A DNA stretch of 64,000 bases from Alphaproteobacteria bacterium (lineage in GTDB: Bacteria; Pseudomonadota; Alphaproteobacteria; UBA828), in NCBI GenBank assembly GCA_963667785.2, contig CAXXMU010000002.1, forward strand, positions 544,001 to 608,000. Reading direction: 5' to 3'. A program made the translations under genes and the position numbers. Under the pieces are notes generated by a model, which ran no database searches, had not been told where the DNA came from, and was given only the letters and a program-made list of their open reading frames with translations. Shown piece after piece: positions 42,396-54,399 of this stretch; within the stretch, counting starts at the first letter, position 1, and each line of letters begins with the position of its first letter.

Positions 42396-42502
42396 CCCAC
42401 CTCACCCCGGCCCTCTCCGCCCCCAGGGGCGGAGAGGGAGAACGGACGGCGCCGTCTACGTTCCCCCTCCGCCACTGGGGGAGGGGGACAGGGGGAGGTG
42501 GG
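42396..42502. repeat. Second family of palindromic intergenic element (purine/pyrimidine-skewed, two hairpins, terminal inverted repeats)
   Basis: Ends CCCACCTC...GAGGTGGG; perfect 13-bp IR CCCTCTCCGCCCC-CA-GGGGCGGAGAGGG (42411-42438) and a second hairpin TCCCCCTCC...GGAGGGGGA. Confidence 0.75.
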
Positions 42503-42544
42503 CGCCGTTCGAGCCGCTGTGACCCCGCAAGGTCGGATGGTGTT

Positions 42545-43654
42545 CTAGCCGACGCGCGCGTCGATCAGGCGGTTCACCTCTGCAGCGGCTTCCATCTGCA
42601 CCATGTGGCCCTGCCCGTCGAGCACCGTGCAGTCCACGCCGTCCCCCAGGCCATCGGCATGGGCGGCCGGGATGATCTGGTCGCCCGCGCCCCAGATGAC
42701 GAGCGTTGGCACCGAGCCCGCCACCCCGCGCAGGTCCTCGGCCTGCGCGCCGCCGGGCGCGAAGGCGTCCCGGACGGTGCCGAGCGCGGCGGTGACGCCG
42801 TCGATCCGCTTGAAGGCGAGCAGGTCGTTGACGAGCTGGCGCGTGACCAGCGCCGGATCGCTGAAGAGCTTCTCGACATGCGGCTTGAGGTCCTTGCGGC
42901 GCTCGGCCGCGATGAAGCCCTCCAGATAGTCGCCGTCGATCTCGCCGCCGAGGCCGGCGCTGCCGATCAGCGTCAGCGAAGCCACCCGTGCCGGTGCCGC
43001 GCGGGCGACGGCGAGCGCGATGGCGCCGCCCATGGAATGGCCGACGAGATGGGCCTGCTCGATCCCCAGCGCGTCGGCGAAGCCCGTCACGACATCGGCG
43101 AAGAAGCCGATCGAGCCGTCGCCGACATCCTTGCTGGAGCTGCCGTGCCCCGGCAGGTCGAGAGCATGGACCGCGCGGCCGGCGGCGAGCGCGTCGTGGT
43201 TGAACAGCCAGTTGTTGAGGTCGCCGCCGAAGCCGTGGATGAGGATGACCGGCACGCCGCCTTCGCCCTTCGTGAGGTAGCGGATCTGCCTGCCCGCGAC
43301 CTCGGCCGTCTCGGTGGCCGGGCCGGCGTCGTCGTCATCGTCCTCGGGTGGCACGAAGTTGGCCTGGAAATCGGTGACGAAGGCCTCGATGTCGTCATCG
43401 GCGACGCTCTCGTCGGCGACGATGCCGAGCAGGCCGCCGACCGGCAGCACGTCGCCCTCCTGGGCGACGCAGCGCCGGAGCACGCCGGCATCCGCCGCCT
43501 CGACCGCGCTGGAGATCTTCTCGGTCTCGATGTCGATGACCTCGTCCCCCGGCGTGAGCGATTCGCCTTCGTTGACGAGCCAGCCGGCGACCTTCCCCTC
43601 CTTCATGGAGAGGCCCCACTTGGGCATGCAAATGGGGCGGATGCCTTCGCTCAT
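42545..43654 (-). CDS. acoC: Acetoin dehydrogenase E2 component (lipoyl domain + alpha/beta-hydrolase fold)
   Basis: MPKWGLSMKEG, ETEKI lipoyl motif, IHGFGGDLNNWLFN, GHSMGG, GHMVQME. Confidence 0.92.
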   Translation of the reverse strand: MSEGIRPICMPKWGLSMKEGKVAGWLVNEGESLTPGDEVIDIETEKISSAVEAADAGVLRRCVAQEGDVLPVGGLLGIVADESVADDDIEAFVTDFQANFVPPEDDDDDAGPATETAEVAGRQIRYLTKGEGGVPVILIHGFGGDLNNWLFNHDALAAGRAVHALDLPGHGSSSKDVGDGSIGFFADVVTGFADALGIEQAHLVGHSMGGAIALAVARAAPARVASLTLIGSAGLGGEIDGDYLEGFIAAERRKDLKPHVEKLFSDPALVTRQLVNDLLAFKRIDGVTAALGTVRDAFAPGGAQAEDLRGVAGSVPTLVIWGAGDQIIPAAHADGLGDGVDCTVLDGQGHMVQMEAAAEVNRLIDARVG

Positions 43655-44664
43655 TTGCTGGACTCCATGACCGCCTTCACGGCCTTCTGCACCGCCGCGG
43701 CGTCGGGGATGTAGAGGTCCTCGAGCGTGTCCGCGAACGGCACCGGGGTGTGCGGGGCGGTCACCTGCTTGATCGGCCCCTTGAGGGAATCGAAGGCCTT
43801 CTCGCAGACCATGGCCGCGATGTCGGTCGCCATGTTGCAGCGGGGATGGGACTCGTCGAGGACCACCAACCGCCCGGTGTTCTCCACCGTCTCGAGGATG
43901 GTGTCCTCGTCCATCGGCGAGGTCGTGCGCAGGTCGACCACCTCGCACTCGATCCCGTCGCCCGCGAGCGCGTCGGCCGCCTCGTTCGCGACATGGACCA
44001 TGCGGCCGAGCGTGACGATCGAGACGTCGTCGCCTTCCCGCACGATGTTGGCCTCGCCGAAGGGCAGCGCGTAGGGCTCCTCCGGCACGTCGCCCTCCAG
44101 CGTGTAGAGCGCCTTGTGCTCGCAGAAGATCACCGGGTCGTTGTCGCGGATCGACTGGATCAGCAGGCCCTTTGCGTCATAGGGCGTCGCCGGGGTCACG
44201 ACCTTGAGCCCGGGGATGTGGGTGAACACCGGATAGAGGCACTGCGAGTGCTGGGCTGCGGCGCGCAGGCCGGCGCCGTACATGGTGCGGATGACGACCG
44301 GGGTCTCGGCCTTGCCGCCGAACATGTAGCGGAACTTCGCCGCCTGGTTGAAGATCTGGTCGAAGCAGACGCCCATGAAGTCGATGAACATCAGCTCCGC
44401 CACCGGGCGCAGGCCCGAGGTCGCCGCGCCGACGGCGGCGCCGATGAAGGCCGATTCGGTGATCGGGGTATCCATCACCCGGTCGCCGAACTTGCCGTAG
44501 AGCCCCTTGGTGATGCCGAGCGGCCCGCCCCAGGCGTCGCGCTCGCCATCGGTGCCGAGCCCGCCGGCCACGTCCTCGCCCATGATGACGACGGTCTCGT
44601 CGCGCTCCATCTCCTGGGCGAGGGCCTCGTTGATCGCCTGTTGGTAAGTGACTGTGCGTGCCAT
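43651..44664 (-). CDS. acoB: Acetoin dehydrogenase E1 beta subunit
   Basis: GEDVAGG..DAWGG, DTPITESAF, DQIFNQAAKFRYMFGGKAETP, AAAQHSQ. Confidence 0.92.
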   Translation of the reverse strand: MARTVTYQQAINEALAQEMERDETVVIMGEDVAGGLGTDGERDAWGGPLGITKGLYGKFGDRVMDTPITESAFIGAAVGAATSGLRPVAELMFIDFMGVCFDQIFNQAAKFRYMFGGKAETPVVIRTMYGAGLRAAAQHSQCLYPVFTHIPGLKVVTPATPYDAKGLLIQSIRDNDPVIFCEHKALYTLEGDVPEEPYALPFGEANIVREGDDVSIVTLGRMVHVANEAADALAGDGIECEVVDLRTTSPMDEDTILETVENTGRLVVLDESHPRCNMATDIAAMVCEKAFDSLKGPIKQVTAPHTPVPFADTLEDLYIPDAAAVQKAVKAVMESSK

Positions 44665-44679
44665 GACTGCCTCCCTCGC

Positions 44680-45648
44680 TCAGTAGGATACGTAGACGTC
44701 GGTGAGAAGATCGGCGGCGCCCGGAGGCGGCGCCGCTTTGGCCTTGGAGACCGCGCCGTCGATCAGGGACAGCGCGTCCCGGTCGATGGCGTCGAGCTCG
44801 GCGCCGTCGACCAGGGCTGCCGAGGTCACCTTCTCGCGGAAGAGCGCCAGGCAGTCGCGGGATTCGCGCAGCTTCTTCACCTCGTCCGGCCCGCGATAGG
44901 TCTGGGCGTCGCCCTCGAAGTGCCCGTAGTAGCGGTTGAGCTTGCATTCCAGCAGGCTCGGGCCGCCGCCCTCGCGCGCCCGCCTGATCGCCTCGCCGGC
45001 GGCCTCGTAGACGGCGAAGAAGTCGTGCCCGTCCACCACCACGCCCGGCATGTTGAAGCCGCTGGCCCGGTCCGCCGCGTCGTCGCAGGCGATCGACCAC
45101 TTGGACGAGGTCGATTCCGCATAGCCGTTGTTCTCGACCACGAAGATGCAGGGCAGGTTCCAGACCGATGCGAGATTGAGGCTCTCGAAGGTGGTGCCCT
45201 GGTTCGAGCCGCCGTCGCCGACGAAGGCGATGGCAACCCCGCCGGTGCCGAGCTGCTTCGCAGCCAGGCCGGCGCCGCAGATGAGCGGCGGGCCGCCGCC
45301 GACGATGCCGTTGGCCCCCATCATGCCCTTGTCGAGGTCGGCGATGTGCATGGAGCCGCCCTTGCCGGCGCAGAGGCCGTCCTTGCGGCCGTAGATCTCC
45401 GCCATCATGCCGTCCACGTCGCAGCCTTTGGCGATGCAGTGGCCGTGCCCGCGATGGGTGCTGGCGATGCGGTCGCGGTCGTCGAGGTGCATGCAGACGC
45501 CGACGCCGCTCGCCTCCTCGCCGGCATAGAGGTGCACGAACCCGGGGATGTCGCCGGTCGCGAATTCGACGTGGAGACGTTCCTCGAACTCGCGGATCGT
45601 CCGCATGGTTCGATAGGCCGTCAACAATTGGTCCTTGCTGAGCTGCAT
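44680..45648 (-). CDS. acoA: Acetoin dehydrogenase E1 alpha subunit (TPP-dependent)
   Basis: IREFEERLH..IPGFVHLYAGEEA, STHRGHGHCIAKG, GDGGSNQG..ENN, RYYGHFEGDAQTYR. Confidence 0.93.
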   Translation of the reverse strand: MQLSKDQLLTAYRTMRTIREFEERLHVEFATGDIPGFVHLYAGEEASGVGVCMHLDDRDRIASTHRGHGHCIAKGCDVDGMMAEIYGRKDGLCAGKGGSMHIADLDKGMMGANGIVGGGPPLICGAGLAAKQLGTGGVAIAFVGDGGSNQGTTFESLNLASVWNLPCIFVVENNGYAESTSSKWSIACDDAADRASGFNMPGVVVDGHDFFAVYEAAGEAIRRAREGGGPSLLECKLNRYYGHFEGDAQTYRGPDEVKKLRESRDCLALFREKVTSAALVDGAELDAIDRDALSLIDGAVSKAKAAPPPGAADLLTDVYVSY

Positions 45649-45687
45649 GCGTCGTTGCTCCTCTCTGCCTGCGTGGTCCGGTTGCGC

Positions 45688-46782
45688 CTAAAAATAGGCG
45701 ACGCCGGTGGTTTTGTCGAAAACGTGCACCTTGTTCACGTCGAAGCCGACGCGGCAAGGCTCGCCGGGGCCGCCCATGGGGCCGATCTTCGTCTTGGCCA
45801 TGACCCGGTCGCTGCCGACGGTGACCTCGACGATCATGTCGCCGCCGAGCGGCTCGGTCACGAAGACCTCGCCCGGCACCTCCAGCGCGCCGTCGGCACC
45901 GGGTTCGATCGCGAGATTGTCCGGGCGGGTGCCGATGCGCACGTCCGCCTCCGCGCCGCCCTTCTCGAGCAGGCCGGCCTGACGCTCGGTGAGCGCGAGC
46001 CGGAAGCCCGAGTGCACGACGCTCACGCCGGTGTTGGTGCGCTCGAGGGTGCAGTCGAGGAAGTTCATCGGCGGCTCGCCGACGAAGCCCGCCACGAACT
46101 CGTTGTAGGGGCGGTTGTAGATCTCCTCGGGCGTGCCGAGCTGCTGCAGCACGCCTTCGTGCATCACCGCGATGCGGTCCGCCATCGACATGCCTTCGAG
46201 CTGGTCGTGGGTGACGTAGACGGTGGTGGTCTCGAGACTGCGCTGCAGGTACTTGAGCTCGCCGCGCATGTGGGAGCGGAGCTTCGCGTCGAGATGGGCG
46301 ATGGGCTCGTCGAAGAGGAAGACCTTGGGCTCTCGCACGATGGCGCGGCCGATGGCGGTGCGCTGCTTCTGCCCGCCGCTCAGCTCCACCGGCTTGCGGT
46401 GGAGCAGGGGGTCGATCTCCAGGATCTCGGCGGCGCGGCGCACGCGGCGCTCGATCTCCTGCTTGGGCGTCCGCCTGAGCTTCAGCGGGTTCGCCATGTT
46501 CTCGTACACGGTCTTGTGGGGATAGAGCGCGTAGTTCTCGAACACCATGGCGATGTCGCGGTCGCGCGGCGGCAGGTCGTTGACCCGCACGTCGTCGAAA
46601 TAGACATCGCCCGAGGAGATGAACTCGAGACCGGCAAGCATGCGCAGCGTCGACGACTTACCGCAGCCGGAGGGGCCGAGGATGCACATGAACTCGTTGT
46701 TCTTGATCTCGAGATTGAGCTCCTTCACGGCAACGGTCTTGCCGTAGTACTTCCAGACGTCCGTGATCGTCACCGCAGCCAT
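45688..46782 (-). CDS. CUT1/MalK-type ABC transporter ATP-binding protein
   Basis: GPSGCGKS, LSGGQKQR, FDEPIAHLDAKLR, YVTHDQ, C-terminal TOBE region. Confidence 0.92.
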   Translation of the reverse strand: MAAVTITDVWKYYGKTVAVKELNLEIKNNEFMCILGPSGCGKSSTLRMLAGLEFISSGDVYFDDVRVNDLPPRDRDIAMVFENYALYPHKTVYENMANPLKLRRTPKQEIERRVRRAAEILEIDPLLHRKPVELSGGQKQRTAIGRAIVREPKVFLFDEPIAHLDAKLRSHMRGELKYLQRSLETTTVYVTHDQLEGMSMADRIAVMHEGVLQQLGTPEEIYNRPYNEFVAGFVGEPPMNFLDCTLERTNTGVSVVHSGFRLALTERQAGLLEKGGAEADVRIGTRPDNLAIEPGADGALEVPGEVFVTEPLGGDMIVEVTVGSDRVMAKTKIGPMGGPGEPCRVGFDVNKVHVFDKTTGVAYF

Positions 46783-46819
46783 CGCTACCCCCGGACGGGC
46801 TCCGCCCGTCTCTTGCGTC

Positions 46820-47698
46820 CTATTCCCTGACCGCGCCCATGGTGAGACCGGCGACAAGATAGCGCCGGATCAGAAGGCCGAGAAACATCATCGGCACCGT
46901 GGTCACGACACCGGCCGCCATGATCATGCCCCACTGGATCTTGACCGGCTGCACCAGCTCGGCGGTGGCCACCGGCAGGGTCTTGGCGCCGCCCGAGCCG
47001 ATGATCGAGGCGAACAGGAAGTCGTTCCAGCCGAACAGCACGCAGAGCACGATGAAGGCAGCGATTCCCGGCGCCACCAGCGGGATGATCAGCCTGAACG
47101 CCTGCCAGCGGGTGCAGCCGTCGCACTGTGCCGCCTCCTCGATCGCGTAGGGAACGTTGTCGAAGAAGCCCTTGAGGATCCAGATGGCGAAGGGGAGGTT
47201 GAAGGTCGTGTAGGCGAGGATCAGGCCGGGCAGGGTGCCGACCAGCCCGGACGAGCGGAAGATCACGTAGAGCGGCACCATGACCGCCACCACCGGCGCC
47301 ATGCGGGTCGAGATGATCCAGAAGAGGAGATCCCGCTTGCCGCGGAACTCCGCGCGCGAGAGCGCGTAGGCCGCCATCGAGCCGAGCGAGACCGAGACCG
47401 CCGCCGAGCCCAGCGAGGCGATCAGGCTGTTGCGCAGATAGACGCCGAAGTGCTTTTCGGTGAACAGCTCGACGTAGTGCGCGCCGGTCGGCTTGAAGTC
47501 GAACATGACGCCGACCCCGCCGAAATCGCCGACCTCAGGAAGCTGGAACGCATCGAGCAGATCCTTGAAGGACGAGACCACCATGATCAGCAGCGGCAGC
47601 ACGGTCCAGACGAAGAAGAAGATCAGGAAGAGGATCGAGAGCCCCTGCAGCACGCTTCTCAGCGGCGAGCGGTAGCGGACGATCTCGCGCGAGGCCAT
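46820..47698 (-). CDS. Carbohydrate-type ABC transporter permease (MalG-like)
   Basis: NLPFAIWILKGFF..IEEAAQCDG EAA loop, WNDFLFA. Confidence 0.9.
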   Translation of the reverse strand: MASREIVRYRSPLRSVLQGLSILFLIFFFVWTVLPLLIMVVSSFKDLLDAFQLPEVGDFGGVGVMFDFKPTGAHYVELFTEKHFGVYLRNSLIASLGSAAVSVSLGSMAAYALSRAEFRGKRDLLFWIISTRMAPVVAVMVPLYVIFRSSGLVGTLPGLILAYTTFNLPFAIWILKGFFDNVPYAIEEAAQCDGCTRWQAFRLIIPLVAPGIAAFIVLCVLFGWNDFLFASIIGSGGAKTLPVATAELVQPVKIQWGMIMAAGVVTTVPMMFLGLLIRRYLVAGLTMGAVRE

Positions 47699-47701
47699 CG
47701 T

Positions 47702-48676
47702 CTAGTGCTCCCGCTCCGTCCTGATCTTGCGGGTCGGATCCTCGAACACCTTGGTCAGCACGAAGCCCAGCAGGATCGTCAGCAGCAGCAGGGTGAAGGC
47801 GATCGCGGCGCCCCGTCCGAGCTCAAAGAACTTGAACGAGACGTCGAAGAGGTAGGTCGGCAGGATCTTGGTGGCGTTGGCCGGCCCGCCGCCGGTCATG
47901 ATCAGGATGTGGTCGATGAACCTGAAATTGTCCATGAAGCGCAGCAGGATCGCGATCAGCAGGAAGGGGTAGAGATTGGGCAGCGCCACGCTGAAGAAAT
48001 TGCGGAAGGGCCCGGCGCCATCGACCATGTGGGCCTCGAGTTGGTCCTGCGGCACGCGCTTGAGGCCGGCAAGCGTGATGAGTGCGATGAGCGGCGTCCA
48101 CTGCCAGACGTCGGTCGCCACGATGGCGAACATCGCCCAGAACTTGTTGCCGAGGATGGAGCCGCTCTCCAGCAGGCCGATGCTCTGCAGCAGCCAGAAG
48201 TACCAGCCGAAGGTGCCGTTGTAGAGAAACATATAGAGGAAGCCGGCGATGACGGGCGCCATCATCATCGGCATCAGGAAGATGGTGACGAGGATCTTCT
48301 CGAAGCGGTTGTTGTTGAGGATGACCGCGACCAGGACGCCGAGGCCGATCTCCACCGAGAGGCAAAGCGCGCTGTACTTGAAGAGCGTGAGCCAGCCGCG
48401 CAGGAACTTCTTGTCGGTCGCCAGCCGGGAGAAGTTGTCAATGCCGGCCCAGACGTCCGACTTGCCCGGCGCGAGCTGCACCTCGTGCAGGGTCATGTAG
48501 ACCAGCCAGACGAGGGGATAGAGCGAGATCGCCGCCAGCAGCAGGATCGCCGGCAGCATCAGCCACAGCAGGTAATAGCGCGGCGGCCGGTGGTTGAAGC
48601 CTTCCGGCACGTAATCGATCGTCCGCACACCGCGCACGACGCCGCCCGCGGCGTCCATGTTCGCGATGTTGGCCAT
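47702..48676 (-). CDS. Carbohydrate-type ABC transporter permease (MalF-like)
   Basis: DVWQWTP..LAGL..EAHMVDGA, MTGGGPANAT. Confidence 0.9.
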   Translation of the reverse strand: MANIANMDAAGGVVRGVRTIDYVPEGFNHRPPRYYLLWLMLPAILLLAAISLYPLVWLVYMTLHEVQLAPGKSDVWAGIDNFSRLATDKKFLRGWLTLFKYSALCLSVEIGLGVLVAVILNNNRFEKILVTIFLMPMMMAPVIAGFLYMFLYNGTFGWYFWLLQSIGLLESGSILGNKFWAMFAIVATDVWQWTPLIALITLAGLKRVPQDQLEAHMVDGAGPFRNFFSVALPNLYPFLLIAILLRFMDNFRFIDHILIMTGGGPANATKILPTYLFDVSFKFFELGRGAAIAFTLLLLTILLGFVLTKVFEDPTRKIRTEREH

Positions 48677-48795
48677 GCGCCGGGTCTCCGCGCTTCATTC
48701 TCCGCCTGCGGCCTGCCGCCGCCGGCGCCGATCGGGAATCGCGACCGCCCGAGAGACGCCGGCGTGCCGGCACCCCTCGGGCGGAGCGGTGTTAC

Positions 48796-50325
48796 CTAGA
48801 CGTCGTGGATGGCGTTCAGCTCGTCCTTGATGGAGTCGCACGCCTCTTGAGCCGAGAGCTCGCCGGCGATGCACTGCTGCGTGCCGACCCGGACGATCTC
48901 GTGGTACTCGTTCGACTTCGGCAGCTTCGGCCCGAGCACCATGTTGGGCGAGCGGATGCCCTTGTCGTAGACCGCCTCGAAGGTGAGCGCGTTCGGCATG
49001 GTGGTGGGCCGGTTGCGCGCCTCCTTGACCTCCGGCACCTCCAGGACGGACCTGCGGGTGGGCGTGCCGCCGACGCCCTGCAGCACCATGAGCTGCGTGT
49101 CATGGCTGCAGGCCCAGCTGGCGAAGATGAAGGCCGCACGCTGCAGGTCCATGTCCGCGCCGGCGTTGATGCCGATGCCGCCGATGCCGCAGTTGGTGGC
49201 GTTGACGACGTTGTCGCCGCCGTCGACGTTCCACTCGACCGCGCCCTTCGGCCCCATGGCGTAGGCCGTCTTGCCGCCCGCCGCGACGGACTGCTCGGCA
49301 TCCTCCACCGAGGCCGCGAACTCGTGGTACTGGATCTGCATGGCGACGCCGCCGGCGGCGTAGACCGTGTTCAGCTCCAGCGTGCCGTTGGTCAGGTTGT
49401 CGGGGTGGCTGACGTCGGCGAGCGCCTTGTAGCCCTCCATCGCCTTGACCGACTGCGCGTCGCCCCAGTTGGTCGGGCCGGGGTTCTTCGAGCCCAGCGT
49501 GTCGTCGACCGCGAAGTCGAGCCACTGGTTCTGCGCGTACATATGCCGCTGGATGTCGAGCTGCGTGGTCCAGCCGAACGAGCCGTGATGCTGCGCGTAG
49601 CCGTAGGGGATCGACGAATCGCGCTCGTGCATCTTCCTGAAGAACTCGGTGATATCGACCATGTCCTTGTAGGTCGTCTCGTCGGTGAACTCGAGCCGGT
49701 AGCCGTAGTCGGCCTCGAAGTCCTTGGAAAGCTGCTCGAACAGGTCCTGCCGGTAGAAGGTGCAGGAGACCGCGCAGTCGTAGGGGAAGGCGCGGATCGG
49801 GCCGCGCTCGTAGTAGACGCCGCAGGCGTCGAGATAGTTCTCGAACCAGACCGAGTCGCCGTAGCCCTGCGGGTCGAGCGGCAGCGTGTCGTCGACCGAG
49901 AACTCGTTGAGATCGGCGTAGAAGTCGGCGAAGGGCGAGCCGATCGGCTTGTCCTGCACGTAGTTGAGGTGATAGTCGGCCTGGCCGCTCCTGAGGTCGA
50001 TGCCGACCTTCTGCTGCACGGTCGGCAGACCGTCGGTGAGGATCTCCACCTCGATGCCGGTGAGATCGTAGAACGCCTGGATGTTGTCGCGGATGGCGAA
50101 GGAAGGCGGCGTGTTCTCGGACATGAAGACGAGCTTCGAGCCCTCGTACTGGCGCCACTTGGCTTCGTCGGACGAATAGGCGTAGACCGGCCGGCGCGAG
50201 ATCACCGAGTTCATGCCGACGGCGATCGAGCCGGCGCCCAGCGCGGTCGCGACACCGCCTCCGAGCTCGAGGAATTTGCGGCGGCTGATGGGCTTGTACA
50301 GCGCCTTCTTGGGCATAGAGAACAT
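48796..50325 (-). CDS. Tat-exported ABC transporter substrate-binding protein (CUT1 family)
   Basis: Twin-arginine SRRKFLELG; GGAGGAG RBS before ATG 50325; heads the permease/ATPase operon. Confidence 0.82.
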   Translation of the reverse strand: MFSMPKKALYKPISRRKFLELGGGVATALGAGSIAVGMNSVISRRPVYAYSSDEAKWRQYEGSKLVFMSENTPPSFAIRDNIQAFYDLTGIEVEILTDGLPTVQQKVGIDLRSGQADYHLNYVQDKPIGSPFADFYADLNEFSVDDTLPLDPQGYGDSVWFENYLDACGVYYERGPIRAFPYDCAVSCTFYRQDLFEQLSKDFEADYGYRLEFTDETTYKDMVDITEFFRKMHERDSSIPYGYAQHHGSFGWTTQLDIQRHMYAQNQWLDFAVDDTLGSKNPGPTNWGDAQSVKAMEGYKALADVSHPDNLTNGTLELNTVYAAGGVAMQIQYHEFAASVEDAEQSVAAGGKTAYAMGPKGAVEWNVDGGDNVVNATNCGIGGIGINAGADMDLQRAAFIFASWACSHDTQLMVLQGVGGTPTRRSVLEVPEVKEARNRPTTMPNALTFEAVYDKGIRSPNMVLGPKLPKSNEYHEIVRVGTQQCIAGELSAQEACDSIKDELNAIHDV

Positions 50326-50566
50326 GCTCTGCTCCTCCTGTGGACTGTCGGACGATGGCATCGAAAAAAGGGGCGGGGGAGACGCGGAAACGCGCATGGC
50401 GGCGCTCGCGGCGATCTCCCTCCGCCGACGGCACGCAAAGTGAACGTTCGTTAGCCTGGAGTCAATGGTGCCGCCGCTCGGGACAGGGGCCAAGGCCCCT
50501 TGACCTTCCCGCGGCTGGAGCCTGTATGTCGGGAGCGGGCAACGGAAGGCCGAACGCGGGGCGATC

Positions 50567-51958
50567 ATGGGTATTTCCCGACGGGCGTTCACCGGCGGCG
50601 TGCTGGGGCTTGCGGCTGCCGGCGGCACCTCGCTCGTCGCCGCTCCGGCGCTTGCCGACACGCCGACGCTGGAGGCAAGGGAAGGGGCGGCGCAGCTCTT
50701 GCCTCCCGACCATGCGGCGACGCCGATCTGGGGCTACGAAGGGCAGGTGCCGGGACCGCTGATTCGTGTCCGCCAGGGAGAGCGCGTCAGGCGCCGGTTC
50801 GTCAACGGCCTGCCGCAGGCCTCCACCGTGCACTGGCATGGCATCAGGATCGACAACGCCATGGATGGTGTGCCGGACCTGACGCAGGCAGCGGTGCCGC
50901 CCGGCGGCAACTTTCTTTACGACTTCGTTGCGCCCGACGCCGGAACCTACTGGTATCACGCCCATACTCGGACCTGGGAACAGTTGGCCCGCGGCCTCTA
51001 CGGGGCGCTGATAGTCGAGGAAGCCGACGGCGGGCCGGCGCTCGACCGCGACGAGCTCATGCTCATCGACGACTGGCGTCTCACGCAGGAGGCGGAGATC
51101 GTCCCGAATTTCGGCGCCATGGGCGATCGCTCGCACGCGGGCCGTCTCGGCAATTGGGTGACCATCAACGGGGCGGGCGACTGGCGGCGTACGGTCCGGC
51201 GGCACGAGCGGCTGCGGTTGCGGCTGGCGAACGTTGCCAACGCACGCATCCTCATGCTGGCGCTGCACGGGCTGGAGGGCTGGATCGTCGCCCTGGACGG
51301 GCAGCCCCTGGCCGCGCCCGAGCCCCTCGACCGGCTCCTGCTGGCACCGGCGCAGCGCGCCGACCTGCTCGTCGACGCGACCGCCGAAGAGGGATCGGAC
51401 GCGTTCCTCCTCTCTCTCGAGCGCGAGGGCACGTTTGCAATCGCGACATTCCGCGTGGAGGGCGTGATGCGGCCCCGAAGACTCGCCGCGCCGGCGCCGC
51501 TGGAGCCCAATCCGGTTGCGCCGCTGCACGGTCTGGCGGATGCGCGGTCTGCCCGTCTCTTGATGCAGGGTGGCGCCATGGGCGGCATGCAGAGTGCGAT
51601 CATGGGGGGACGCGAGACCGAGATCCGCGAGATGGCGGCCCGGGGGAGGGTATGGGCGTTCAACGGCGTCGCGGACTTTCCGGCGCAACCCCTGCTTGAA
51701 CTCGCGGCTGGCGAGACGGCCCGCATCGCCATCGTCAACGAGACCGCATGGCCCCATGCGATGCATCTGCACGGTAACCATTTCCGGCGCATCGGCGAGG
51801 ACGGGACCCTCGGGCCGTTGCGCGATACCCTGCTGCTGGATCGTCAGGAAACCGCCGAGATCGCGTTCGTGGCCGACAACCCCGGCGACTGGCTTCTGCA
51901 CTGCCACATGCCGGAGCATTCCGCCGGCGGGATGGAGACCTGGATTCGCGTCGGCTGA
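50567..51958 (+). CDS. Tat-exported multicopper oxidase
   Basis: SRRAFTGG; HWHG, WYHAH, HAMHLHG and HCHMPEHSAGGM copper motifs. Confidence 0.93.
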   Translation: MGISRRAFTGGVLGLAAAGGTSLVAAPALADTPTLEAREGAAQLLPPDHAATPIWGYEGQVPGPLIRVRQGERVRRRFVNGLPQASTVHWHGIRIDNAMDGVPDLTQAAVPPGGNFLYDFVAPDAGTYWYHAHTRTWEQLARGLYGALIVEEADGGPALDRDELMLIDDWRLTQEAEIVPNFGAMGDRSHAGRLGNWVTINGAGDWRRTVRRHERLRLRLANVANARILMLALHGLEGWIVALDGQPLAAPEPLDRLLLAPAQRADLLVDATAEEGSDAFLLSLEREGTFAIATFRVEGVMRPRRLAAPAPLEPNPVAPLHGLADARSARLLMQGGAMGGMQSAIMGGRETEIREMAARGRVWAFNGVADFPAQPLLELAAGETARIAIVNETAWPHAMHLHGNHFRRIGEDGTLGPLRDTLLLDRQETAEIAFVADNPGDWLLHCHMPEHSAGGMETWIRVG

Positions 51959-51962
51959 GGGG

Positions 51963-53915
<1,953 letters not shown>

Positions 53916-54090
53916 GCGCTGAGGCTCCTCCCGCGTCTTTCGCGCCCTCATAGCAGCCTCACGCGTCGAACGGGAGGCCTGACGGGGACGGCGGGAGGCA
54001 CGACGCCCGGCGCAGGCATTTGCCATCGCGTCCCACAGGCCTATATGTGTGTCGATCTCTGATTCATCTCGCGAGACGGGAGAGGCAGCC

Positions 54091-54399
54091 ATGATCGCCG
54101 CCGTCGCCGAGCGCACCGCGGACATTCAGCGGCTTTGCGGTCGGCACCACGTGCTGAGGCTCGCGCTGTTCGGCTCGGCGGCAACCGGCGCGCACCGCGC
54201 CGGCAAGAGCGATTTCGACTTCGTCGTGGAGTTTCAGGAGTTACCGTCCGGTGCCTATGCCGACAGTTATTTCGGCCTGCTGGAGGATCTCGAGCGGCTG
54301 CTGGATGGGCCGGTGGAGCTGGTCGTGGACTCGGCCATCAGGAACCCGTTCTTCCGACGCTCGGTCGAGCGGACCAGCACGCCCATTTATGAAGCCTGA
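54091..54399 (+). CDS. MNT (minimal nucleotidyltransferase) antitoxin
   Basis: LFGSAATG...SDFDFVVEF (GS-x11-DxD), IRNPFF. Confidence 0.88.
   Translation: MIAAVAERTADIQRLCGRHHVLRLALFGSAATGAHRAGKSDFDFVVEFQELPSGAYADSYFGLLEDLERLLDGPVELVVDSAIRNPFFRRSVERTSTPIYEA

Noticed and set aside
50428-50445. Possible sigma54 site (CGGCACGCAAAGTGAA) for an AcoR-type aco promoter
   Set aside because: It lacks the -12 GC and is on the wrong strand for the ABC-aco operon
50567-51958. Multicopper oxidase as a functional partner of the copper monooxygenase at 5141-7072 or as part of a copper-resistance island
   Set aside because: It lies about 43 kb away, with no cop/cus/cue genes adjacent and no shared regulatory motif seen
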